Source: an uncultured Bacteroidales bacterium
GTDB taxonomy: Bacteria; Bacteroidota; Bacteroidia; Bacteroidales; VadinHA17
NCBI GenBank assembly: GCA_942492865.1
Contig: OW818650.1
Location: 87,892 to 151,891 of the forward strand
Reading direction: 5' to 3'
DNA: 64,000 nucleotides
In this document: piece after piece, positions 18,408-27,229 of the stretch
Numbering within the stretch: position 1 is the first letter of the stretch
How the letters are laid out: each line of letters starts with the position of its first letter
Translations under genes and position numbers: made by a program
Notes under the pieces: generated by a model
Database searches by the model: none
What the model was told of the DNA's origin: nothing
Seen by the model: the letters and a program-made list of their open reading frames with translations, nothing else

Positions 18408-19652
18408 TTGAATAGTAAATATTTATCAGGCATGCCTGCTCCCGGCGAACTAAGCAAATATATGCCGGGCAAAAACTTACCCGCTTACCGTGAAGTTAAC
18501 TCTCACATCCATACACCTTATTCATTCAGTGCATTCGGTGATATGGGGACTGCCTTCAGAATGGCAAAGGATGAATCTGTTGATGTTCTGGGCATAAATG
18601 ATTTTTTTGTTACTGACGGTTATGATGCATTTCTGAGTGAATCGCTCAGGTACAATATCTTTCCTCTTTTCAATATTGAGTTTATAGGATTGCTTAAGGA
18701 AGAACAAAAAAAAGGTATCAGGATCAATGATCCCAATAATCCGGGCAGGATCTACTTTTGCGGTAAGGGTCTCGACTATCCGTTTAAAACTTCCCCTGCA
18801 GGAAAAAAACAGCTTGACGATGTTATAAATGAAAGCCAGGATCAGATTAAACAGATGATAGAAAAGCTCAACCTGCTATTGGTTTCTGCCAATACCAGGC
18901 ATAATCTTACATATCATGATATTAAGAAAAGATTTGCCCGGGAGCTTGTCCGCGAACGTCACCTGGCCAAAGCATTAAGAACACTTGCAGAAGAAAACTA
19001 CGGGACAGATGATGCCAGAATAAAATTTATTGAAATCCTCTATGGCGGAAAAAAATCAAAGGCAGGCTTCACAGACACTTCAGCTCTTGAAAATGAGATC
19101 AGGTCCAATCTTCTGAAATCGGGTGGCGCTGCTTTTATAGAAGAGAATGAAAATGCATTTCTTGATCTTTCAGCAATTAAAAATATAATTACCCGGTCAG
19201 GAGGAATACCATGCTACCCTGTGCTTCTTGATGATCCCAAAGGAAATTTCACTGAATATGAATCAGATCCTGAAAAGCTTTACAGTTCACTTGTAAAGAT
19301 GGACATAGGATGCATAGAACTTATCCCCGGAAGGAATGACCATACCATTTTGAAAAAATTTGTTGAATATTTTGATAATAAAGGGTTTATCATCCTCTTT
19401 GGAACTGAGCACAATACCCCTGAAATGATACCATTGAAAGTTTCTGCAAGGGGATCACAGCCTCTTGATCCGTCACTGAAAAAAACAGGATGGGAAGGTG
19501 CATGTGTTATTGCCGCCCATCAGTATCTGAGATCAAAGGGAACGGAAGGATACCTTTATAAAGATCATAAATCACGGAGAGATAAAAAAAGTGATTTTGT
19601 CACTCTTGGACAGAAGGTGATTGAATATTTTATTAATGAAAGAATCAAATGA
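18408..19652 (+). CDS. Uncharacterised protein with PHP-like (metal-dependent phosphoesterase) N- and C-terminal motifs
   Basis: 414-aa ORF (TTG at 18408; alternative ATG at 18432). 'NSHIHTPYSFSAF...VDVLGINDF' resembles the PHP HxH motif and 'ILFGTEHNTP' near the C-terminus is a candidate late His motif. The large middle region is unassignable. Confidence 0.4.
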   Translation: MNSKYLSGMPAPGELSKYMPGKNLPAYREVNSHIHTPYSFSAFGDMGTAFRMAKDESVDVLGINDFFVTDGYDAFLSESLRYNIFPLFNIEFIGLLKEEQKKGIRINDPNNPGRIYFCGKGLDYPFKTSPAGKKQLDDVINESQDQIKQMIEKLNLLLVSANTRHNLTYHDIKKRFARELVRERHLAKALRTLAEENYGTDDARIKFIEILYGGKKSKAGFTDTSALENEIRSNLLKSGGAAFIEENENAFLDLSAIKNIITRSGGIPCYPVLLDDPKGNFTEYESDPEKLYSSLVKMDIGCIELIPGRNDHTILKKFVEYFDNKGFIILFGTEHNTPEMIPLKVSARGSQPLDPSLKKTGWEGACVIAAHQYLRSKGTEGYLYKDHKSRRDKKSDFVTLGQKVIEYFINERIK

Positions 19653-21619
19653 AACCTGAAATTAAAGACCTCATTGACATATCACGTTTTTACGGGGTTA
19701 ACAAAGACTTTGTAATTGCGGGAGGGGGAAATACCTCCTTTAAGGATGAGCATACTATCTGGGTCAAAGCCAGCGGGCAGTCTCTGGCCGAAATGACTGA
19801 AGAGGGATTCGTAGCTCTTGACAGGGAAAAGCTGAGGGGGATGTCAGAGAAAAGATATCCTGTTGACCCCGTTGTAAGGGAAGAGCAGGTAAAGGCCGAC
19901 ATGGAAGCCTGCATTACCGATGGAAAGGGCAAAAGGCCTTCTGTAGAGACCTCCCTTCATGAACTCATCAGCTATAAATTCGTTGTACATCTCCATCCTG
20001 CCCTGGTAAACGGGATACTCTGCAGCAGGAGTGCCAAAAATATTACCCTTCAGCTTTTTGGCGACACGATACTTTTCATACCATATACCGATCCCGGATT
20101 TACTTTATTCAAGAAGCTTGAAGAGGAGATGAAAATCTACAGGCAGAAATTTGAATCAGAACCGAAGATTATATTTCTCGAAAATCATGGCGTTTTCGTC
20201 GGAGCTGATACAACTGAGGAAATAAGGCAGATCTACTCGGGAATTATAGGTAAAATTTCTGAAAAGGTAACCCCGCTAAACAATATTGAGAATCTGCCTT
20301 ATGATCCAGCCCTTCACACCGTTTTACCTGTTTTAAGGATGCTGCTTTCGGGAGAGAGGCCGGGAGTAATAAGGTGTCGACATAATACATTGATCTCTAA
20401 GTTCTACCAGAGCCAGCAGGAGTTCAATAAAATCTCTCTTCCGCTTATTCCCGATAATATTGTCTACTGCAAGCCGCATGTAATGTACATTGAACAATCC
20501 GCAACTGCCGCAAGAATACTTGATTCTTTCCGTCATCAGTTACCCAGGTTCATCAGCGAATATGGATATTCACCAAAAGTTGTGGTTATCAAAAATATGG
20601 GAGTCATCGCCTTTGATGAAAGCTATCTGAAAGCGGAGACAGTTCTTAATGTTTACGAAGATCTGATTCTTACAAGCTATTATGCTTCACTTTTTGGCGG
20701 AATAAAGTTCATGACGCCACAGGAAGCAGCATTTATAGATAAATGGGAAGTTGAGAGCTACAGGAGAAAAGTATCGGGGTCAGCAGCCAAAGATAATATC
20801 CTCAGCAACAAAATTGCTGTTGTAACGGGTGGCGCAAGGGGGTTTGGAGCAGGTATTGCCGGTGATCTTTTCAAACTGAACATGAATGTGGTCATTGCCG
20901 ATATGGACGAAGATACAGGCGCTGCCTTCACCAGGTCACTGATCGCTGAAAAATCGGTAAACAAAGCTTTGTTTGTAAAAACCGATGTCTCTGATCCCAA
21001 AGCAGTGAAGGCTTTGATCATAAGATGCGTAAGCGAGTTCGGAGGATTGGATCTGATGGTGAGTAACGCGGGTGTTCTGAAGGCAGGAGGGCTCGATGAA
21101 ATGGAGCCGGAAGGATTCGGTCAATTGACACAGGTCAATTATAACGGATATTTTCATTGTGTAAAATACTCATCAGAAGTGATGAGGATCCAGAACCAGG
21201 AAAAACCTGATTATACAGCAGACATAATACAGATAAACTCAAAATCAGGACTAAGGGGCAGCAACCGTAATTTTGCCTATTCCGGATCCAAATTCGGGGG
21301 CATAGGTCTTACCCAGTCTTTTGCCCTTGAGCTGGCTCCATTCAGGATAAAGGTAAATTCGATCTGCCCCGGGAATTTTTATGAGGGCCCGTTATGGTCC
21401 GATCCGCATAACGGTCTTTTCATCCAGTATCTTAAAGCCGGCAAAGTGCCGGGCGCAAAAACTATTGAAGATGTAAGAAAATTCTATGAAGACCAGGTAC
21501 CATTGAAACGCGGCTGTAAACTTGAAGATGTTATGAAAGCATTATTATACATCATAGACCAGGAGTACGAAACAGGGCAGGCCGTACCGGTTACCGGAGG
21601 TCAGATCATGTTGGGTTAA
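19649..21619 (+). CDS. Bifunctional class II aldolase-like / short-chain dehydrogenase (RhaEW/YuxG-type)
   Basis: 656 aa. The N-terminal ~380 aa is aldolase-fold ('GGGNTSFK', 'PSVETSLHELI', 'VVHLHPALVNG', 'FLENHGVFVGA'). The C-terminal SDR has 'VVTGGARGFGAGIA' and the catalytic 'YSGSK'. ATGA overlap with the upstream gene. Confidence 0.8.
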   Translation: MKPEIKDLIDISRFYGVNKDFVIAGGGNTSFKDEHTIWVKASGQSLAEMTEEGFVALDREKLRGMSEKRYPVDPVVREEQVKADMEACITDGKGKRPSVETSLHELISYKFVVHLHPALVNGILCSRSAKNITLQLFGDTILFIPYTDPGFTLFKKLEEEMKIYRQKFESEPKIIFLENHGVFVGADTTEEIRQIYSGIIGKISEKVTPLNNIENLPYDPALHTVLPVLRMLLSGERPGVIRCRHNTLISKFYQSQQEFNKISLPLIPDNIVYCKPHVMYIEQSATAARILDSFRHQLPRFISEYGYSPKVVVIKNMGVIAFDESYLKAETVLNVYEDLILTSYYASLFGGIKFMTPQEAAFIDKWEVESYRRKVSGSAAKDNILSNKIAVVTGGARGFGAGIAGDLFKLNMNVVIADMDEDTGAAFTRSLIAEKSVNKALFVKTDVSDPKAVKALIIRCVSEFGGLDLMVSNAGVLKAGGLDEMEPEGFGQLTQVNYNGYFHCVKYSSEVMRIQNQEKPDYTADIIQINSKSGLRGSNRNFAYSGSKFGGIGLTQSFALELAPFRIKVNSICPGNFYEGPLWSDPHNGLFIQYLKAGKVPGAKTIEDVRKFYEDQVPLKRGCKLEDVMKALLYIIDQEYETGQAVPVTGGQIMLG

Positions 21620-21670
21620 TAAACTGTAAGGAAGACGGGGATGCGGATCATTAAAATGATAAAGTAAACT

Positions 21671-22933
21671 ATGAAAACCAAGGCGGTAAGAATATACGGA
21701 AAGAAAGACCTCAGACTTGAGGAATTTGAACTTCCGGCCATAAAAGATGATGAGATCCTTGCTCAGGTTATCTCTGACAGCATCTGCATGTCGTCGTATA
21801 AAGCCGCCATGCAGGGAGCTGATCATAAGAGGGTGCCAGACGACATTCACGTAAATCCGACAATGATCGGTCATGAATTTGCGGGTGTGATACTTGAGGT
21901 GGGAAAGAAATGGCAGCATAAATTCAAAAGAGGACAGAAATATTCCATACAGCCAGCAATGAGCCACATGGGAACCCTGAATGCCCCGGGTTACTCTTAC
22001 AGGTATATTGGTGGCGATGCCACACATATCGTTATTCCAAATATTGTTATGGAGGCAGATTGCCTTCTAACCTACAACGGAGAAGCATTTTTCCCGGCAT
22101 CGCTTTCCGAACCAATGTCATGCATTGTGGGAGCTTTCCATGCAAGCTATCATGTTCCACCCGGTACATATAATCATGAGATGGGTATCCGTGAGGGCGG
22201 GAAGATGGCTATTCTTGCCGGTGTCGGACCCATGGGTCTCGGAGCTATCGATTATGCACTTCATAACGACCGTAAACCGGGAACCATTGTAGTAACTGAC
22301 ATTGACGACAACCGCCTTTCAAGAGCAGCATGTTTGTTTACTCCCGAGCATGCGCAGCAGCAGGGAGTCAGATTGATGTATGTGAATACCGGAAATATGA
22401 ATGACCCGGTGAAGCATCTCAGGGAGCTCTCGGGAGGAACCGGTTTTGATGATGTTTTTGTTTTTGCACCGGTTAAACAGGTTGTGGAACAGGGCGATGC
22501 AATACTGGGTTTTGATGGCTGCCTCAATTTTTTTGCAGGTCCGACAAATCCTGAATTCAAGGCAGAATTCAACTTTTATAATGTCCATTATGCTTTTACC
22601 CATATTGTCGGCACATCGGGAGGGAACACCGATGATATGATTGAATCATTGAAGATGATGAGCGAAGGAAGGATCAATCCGGCTGTAATGGTTACACATG
22701 TGGGAGGGCTCGATGCAGTAGTGGACACAACCCTTAACCTGCCTCAGATCCCGGGCGGCAAGAAGCTTATTTATACAAATATCTCAATGCCTCTTGTCTC
22801 ACTCTATAAACTTAAGGAACTTGGGGCCCATAATAGATTATACGCAGGTTTGCACGAAATTGTTTCAAAAAACAACTTCATCTGGAGCCTCGAAGCCGAG
22901 AAGTACCTGCTTGAGAATGCAAACCCGATCTGA
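21671..22933 (+). CDS. Zinc-type medium-chain dehydrogenase/reductase, long form (sorbose-1-phosphate-reductase-like size)
   Basis: 420 aa. 'SDSICMSSYK' (Cys ligand), 'GHEFAGVILEVG', Rossmann 'ILAGVGPMGLGAIDYA'. Confidence 0.65.
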   Translation: MKTKAVRIYGKKDLRLEEFELPAIKDDEILAQVISDSICMSSYKAAMQGADHKRVPDDIHVNPTMIGHEFAGVILEVGKKWQHKFKRGQKYSIQPAMSHMGTLNAPGYSYRYIGGDATHIVIPNIVMEADCLLTYNGEAFFPASLSEPMSCIVGAFHASYHVPPGTYNHEMGIREGGKMAILAGVGPMGLGAIDYALHNDRKPGTIVVTDIDDNRLSRAACLFTPEHAQQQGVRLMYVNTGNMNDPVKHLRELSGGTGFDDVFVFAPVKQVVEQGDAILGFDGCLNFFAGPTNPEFKAEFNFYNVHYAFTHIVGTSGGNTDDMIESLKMMSEGRINPAVMVTHVGGLDAVVDTTLNLPQIPGGKKLIYTNISMPLVSLYKLKELGAHNRLYAGLHEIVSKNNFIWSLEAEKYLLENANPI

Positions 22934-22945
22934 ATCATTTACTGG

Positions 22946-23002
22946 CCTCTCCCCCTCTTTCCCCCTCTCCCGATTGTGAGAGGGGGAAGATCTGGGAGAG
23001 GG
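22946..23002. terminator. Long imperfect hairpin (pyrimidine-rich arm / purine-rich arm) between convergent genes
   Basis: CCTCTCCCCCTCTTTCCCCCTCTC ... GAGAGGGGGAAGATCTGGGAGAGG. CCCCCTCTC (22961-22969) pairs with GAGAGGGGG (22979-22987) and CCTCTCCC (22946-22953) pairs with GGGAGAGG (22994-23001). Confidence 0.55.
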
Positions 23003-23011
23003 TTCAGATAG

Positions 23012-23956
23012 TTATCGGGATGGTAGATGATGGTTTGTTCTTCTGTATTTCTCAGCAAACGGCATCGAGATATAATTATCATAGCTCAGGCATACATCTG
23101 TTGCAAATCCAACAGCGGTCGAGATGATTTTCTCCCATTCCTCTTTATTCAGCTTTGCCAGCTCATTGGTTTTGATGCCGCTTTTATAGATGGAAGTGAT
23201 CATTCCGGCATTGAAATTATCGCCTGCTCCTATTGTGCTTACCGGCTCTATCTTTTGAACGGGGAACCTTCCGGAAAATGATGGTGTGTGCACAAAAACA
23301 CCATTTGTATTGGCAGTGTAAACCATAAGCGGACAATAGTCTTTTATCTCCTTAAATGCATCATCGGGTGTTGATGCATGAAATATATTTTTGAAATCCT
23401 CATCTGATCCCCTTACCAGATTCGCCATTTTCATATTCTCGATGATCATAGGTTTAAGATCGGGCAATTCAGAAAGATGCGACCTTCTGAAATTGGGATC
23501 GTAGATTACCAGCGCTCCATTTTCCTTCGCGCTGTGGATGAAATTTCTGAAGCCCTCCCTGATTTCGGCCCAGATTGAATAATATGATCCGAAAAGCAGA
23601 ATATCATCTTTCCCTATGACCGGGTAATTCATTGTTTTTTTCCCGGTGTTACGGTTCTTGTAAAATGTATAATTAGCATCATTTCTTTCATTCAGAAATG
23701 CAAGAGCCAGCGATGTATTTCCATCATCATACCTGTTTACGGATTTTGTATTTACTCCATTTTCCATAAGGAACCTGTCAACAAGGGTTCCTGTATCATC
23801 CTTACCATATTCACTTATAAAATATACAGGAAGGCCAATCCTGCCCATTGATACCACACTATTCAGCATTGCGCCACCGGGTTTTGCAGTCTGAGGCTGA
23901 TCATTCTTAAAAATAATATCAAGAAGGGTCTCCCCTATTGCATAGATCTTTCTCAT
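23012..23956 (-). CDS. PfkB-family carbohydrate kinase (fructokinase-like)
   Basis: 'GGAMLNSVVSMGRIG' and the C-terminal 'TIGAGDNFNAGM' PfkB signature. Confidence 0.8.
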   Translation of the reverse strand: MRKIYAIGETLLDIIFKNDQPQTAKPGGAMLNSVVSMGRIGLPVYFISEYGKDDTGTLVDRFLMENGVNTKSVNRYDDGNTSLALAFLNERNDANYTFYKNRNTGKKTMNYPVIGKDDILLFGSYYSIWAEIREGFRNFIHSAKENGALVIYDPNFRRSHLSELPDLKPMIIENMKMANLVRGSDEDFKNIFHASTPDDAFKEIKDYCPLMVYTANTNGVFVHTPSFSGRFPVQKIEPVSTIGAGDNFNAGMITSIYKSGIKTNELAKLNKEEWEKIISTAVGFATDVCLSYDNYISMPFAEKYRRTNHHLPSR

Positions 23957-24091
23957 TGAGTACTTGTTAAGGATCGTGAATTTACAAAAAATTTGTTTAT
24001 GACATAACCTATTAAAATGACTTTTGGAGAACAGTAATTGGAGTTTTAGGCAGTTAAAGATTATCTTTACCGTTAATAAAATTTTCAGGTT

Positions 24092-25126
24092 ATGAAATCA
24101 ATGATGCTTACAGGCATAAGGAAGATGGAAATGAAGGATATTCCGGAACCCGCTATTATAAATCACGACGATGTTAAAATAAGAATGGTTGTTGCAGGCA
24201 TCTGCGGTTCCGATGTTCATTACTATACTGAGGGCAAAATAGGTTCCCAGGTAGTTGAATATCCGTTTGCAGTAGGACATGAATGTGCAGGCGTTGTTGT
24301 AGCGACCGGGAAAAAGGTAAAAAGGGTAAGACAAGGCGATGTAATAGCCATTGAACCTGCAATGCCATGCTTGGAATGCGATCAGTGCAAAGCCGGCAGG
24401 CATCACACATGCAGAAAGTTAAAGTTTCTGGGTTGTCCCGGGCAGGCCGAAGGGTGTTTGTCTGAATATATTGTAATGCCTGAAGCAAGCTGCTTTCCAC
24501 TGACGGGTAAATTGACTCCTGATCACGGAGCTATTTCCGAACCGCTTGCAATCGGCATCTATGCTGTTAAAAAGAGTGGTTCAATCAATGGTTTAAATAT
24601 CGGCATCTTTGGTTTTGGCCCGATAGGCATGAGCGTATTACTTGCAGCAAAAGCAGTGAATGCCGGAAAGATATTTGTCACAGACAAGATCGGCGAACGT
24701 CTTGAAATAGCAAACCGGGAAGGTGTTCTTTCGACTGGTAATCCGTTAAAGGAAAATGTGGTTAAAAAGATCGGTGAAATACTTCCGATGGGATTGGACA
24801 TCGTTTATGAATGCTGCGGTCAGCAGGAAGCGTTTGATCAGGCTGTAGATGCCTTAAAACCAGGAGGTAAGCTGATTGTTGTCGGCATACCGGAATTCGA
24901 TAACTGGTCAATGAATGTTGAGAATACCCGAAGAAAAGAGATCACAATTCAGTTCATCCGCCGGCAGGTTGATTGCGTGGAGCCTGCTCTTGAAATGATG
25001 AAGAGCGGTAAAATAGAGGTAGGGAACATGGTGACGCACCGGTTCCCGTTTGACAAAACAAAAGAGGCTTTTGATCTGGTATCGGGATACCGCGATGGGG
25101 TAATGAAGGCAATGATCGATTTTTAA
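24092..25126 (+). CDS. Zn-dependent polyol dehydrogenase (sorbitol/L-iditol/threonine dehydrogenase-like MDR)
   Basis: 'GICGSDVHYY', 'GHECAGVV', structural-Zn cysteines 'CLECDQCKAGRHHTC', Rossmann 'IFGFGPIG'. Confidence 0.8.
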   Translation: MKSMMLTGIRKMEMKDIPEPAIINHDDVKIRMVVAGICGSDVHYYTEGKIGSQVVEYPFAVGHECAGVVVATGKKVKRVRQGDVIAIEPAMPCLECDQCKAGRHHTCRKLKFLGCPGQAEGCLSEYIVMPEASCFPLTGKLTPDHGAISEPLAIGIYAVKKSGSINGLNIGIFGFGPIGMSVLLAAKAVNAGKIFVTDKIGERLEIANREGVLSTGNPLKENVVKKIGEILPMGLDIVYECCGQQEAFDQAVDALKPGGKLIVVGIPEFDNWSMNVENTRRKEITIQFIRRQVDCVEPALEMMKSGKIEVGNMVTHRFPFDKTKEAFDLVSGYRDGVMKAMIDF

Positions 25127-25296
25127 TCCTATTTACCTCTGAGTAGCCTTCAACTTGCGCCAGCGCACTGCCGTAATGGAACGCTGCTAACTATCAAAGG
25201 ATCTTCTGCAAACAATTTTGTTTTAAAAGATTAATTAATTCTACCATAAAATACTTAGTTTTGATTTTATGTTGAATTTTAATTGAATAGAATTTC

Positions 25297-26220
25297 ATGG
25301 GAAAGATACTTGTTATTGGCAGCTCGAACACTGATATGGTAATTAAGACAAGTAAACTGCCTGCGCCTGGTGAAACGATAATGGGTGGTACTTTCCTGAT
25401 GAATCCGGGTGGAAAAGGCGCAAACCAGGCAGTTGCCGCTTCAAGATTAGGTGGAAAAGTAACATTCATTACCAAAAGGGGAAACGATCTGTTCGGAAAT
25501 CAAACTATCGGCTTACTGATGCGGGAAGGCGTTGACACTGGTCATGTTGTAAAAGATCCTGAGCTGCCTTCAGGTGTTGCGCTTATCACAGTCGATGAAT
25601 CGGGGGAAAACAGTATAGTGGTTGCACCTGGCTCTAACGGTAATCTAAATGTTGAAGATCTTCCGGCCGACATCTTTGACAATGGTAAATTTGAAATTCT
25701 TGTGCTTCAGCTTGAAATACCAATAGAAACTGTTGAATTCGCTGCTATTTCTGCACATCAGCAAGGCATGAAGGTGATCCTTAACCCTGCTCCTGCTCAG
25801 AAACTTTCTGAAAACCTGTTAAAACATACCTGGCTCATAACTCCTAATGAAACTGAAGCCGAGATTCTTACAGGGATAAATATTACTGACATTTATTCAG
25901 CCGGCGAATCTGCATCTGTTCTGCAGAAAAAAGGTGTTAAAAACGTGATAATTACTCTTGGCGCCGATGGAGCTTATGTAAAATCGGAAAGTTATACGGG
26001 CATGATACCCGGTATTGTAGTCAATGCCGTCGATACAACCGCCGCAGGAGATGTTTTCAATGGCGCACTTGCTGTTGCAATTGCAGAAGGAAAAGATATG
26101 AGGGATGCTGTAATTTACGCAAATAAAGCAGCATCAATCTCTGTTACACGTCTTGGGGCACAGGCATCAGCGCCTTACAGGCACGAGGTAAGTAGTGATC
26201 TTCCTTTAACACTAACATAA
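25297..26220 (+). CDS. rbsK: Ribokinase
   Basis: 'VIGSSNTDMV', 'NPGGKGANQAVAASRLG', 'DTTAAGDVFNGALAVA'. Confidence 0.8.
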   Translation: MGKILVIGSSNTDMVIKTSKLPAPGETIMGGTFLMNPGGKGANQAVAASRLGGKVTFITKRGNDLFGNQTIGLLMREGVDTGHVVKDPELPSGVALITVDESGENSIVVAPGSNGNLNVEDLPADIFDNGKFEILVLQLEIPIETVEFAAISAHQQGMKVILNPAPAQKLSENLLKHTWLITPNETEAEILTGINITDIYSAGESASVLQKKGVKNVIITLGADGAYVKSESYTGMIPGIVVNAVDTTAAGDVFNGALAVAIAEGKDMRDAVIYANKAASISVTRLGAQASAPYRHEVSSDLPLTLT

Positions 26221-26230
26221 ATTACTTAAC

Positions 26231-27229
26231 ATGTTCATCCCACAAAGTTATCCGCTTGCTGTACTACTATGTATAGTTACTATGCTATGCTGGGGTTCCT
26301 GGGGGAACACACAAAAACTGTCAGGCAAATCGTGGCGGTTCGAGCTATACTATTGGGACTATGTGATAGGAATAGTTTTTTTCTCCCTGCTTCTTGGATT
26401 CACCCTGGGGAGTACTGGTGAAGAGGGACGGAGCTTTGTGGCCGACATTGCACAGGCCGACGGAAAGAATATTTTTAATTCATTTCTTGGCGGAGTGATC
26501 TTCAATGGATCAAATATACTTCTGGTGGCAGCAATGGCAATTGCCGGCATGTCGGTTGCCTTTCCGGTTGGCGTGGGAATTGCTCTTGTACTGGGAGTTA
26601 TAATAAATTATATTTTTGAACCCCAGGGTAATCCTGTAGTTCTTTTCAGTGGTGTTACCATGATAACCCTTGCTATTCTTCTTGACGCTTTCGCATACAA
26701 GAAGCATAATGCATCAATTCAGAAAGTTACGACAAGAGGAATATTGCTTTCCGTAATTGCAGGGGTGCTGATGGCTTTATTCTACCGCTTTGTGGCAAGC
26801 TCCATTGCATCTGATTTTGAGTCGCCCGAAGCAGGAAAACTGACACCCTATTCAGCAATCTTTTTCTTCTCAATGGGAGTGCTGGTCAGTAATTTTCTCT
26901 TCAATTATCTTATTATGAAGAAGCCGTTTGAAGGAGTCCCATTATCATTCAAAGACTATGCAAAGGGCAGTACCGGAGTGCATCTGACAGGAGTCCTTGG
27001 AGGTGTGATCTGGAACCTGGGTATGTCGATGAGCATACTTGCAGCAGGTAAAGCCGGTTTTGCAATATCTTACGGTTTAGGGCAGGGAGCAACACTGATA
27101 GCTGCTTTATGGGGAGTCTTTATCTGGAAAGAATTTAAAGGCGCCCCACTGGCCGTTAACACACTTATCCTGATGATGTTCCTTGCCTACCTCACAGGAT
27201 TGGGATTGCTGGTATATGCCGGGATATGA
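26231..27229 (+). CDS. DMT-superfamily sugar transporter (GRP/RbsU/RhaT-like)
   Basis: 332 aa with about 10 TM helices. Immediately downstream of rbsK (10-nt gap). Its N-terminus 'CWGSWGNTQK' is typical of sugar-porter DMT members as I recall them. Confidence 0.55.
   Translation: MFIPQSYPLAVLLCIVTMLCWGSWGNTQKLSGKSWRFELYYWDYVIGIVFFSLLLGFTLGSTGEEGRSFVADIAQADGKNIFNSFLGGVIFNGSNILLVAAMAIAGMSVAFPVGVGIALVLGVIINYIFEPQGNPVVLFSGVTMITLAILLDAFAYKKHNASIQKVTTRGILLSVIAGVLMALFYRFVASSIASDFESPEAGKLTPYSAIFFFSMGVLVSNFLFNYLIMKKPFEGVPLSFKDYAKGSTGVHLTGVLGGVIWNLGMSMSILAAGKAGFAISYGLGQGATLIAALWGVFIWKEFKGAPLAVNTLILMMFLAYLTGLGLLVYAGI

Noticed and set aside
25210-25223. The palindrome AAACAA-TT-TTGTTT upstream of rbsK, as a possible operator
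   Set aside because: It is short and entirely AT-rich. No regulator gene is adjacent and it has no second copy in the window. Chance occurrence is likely.
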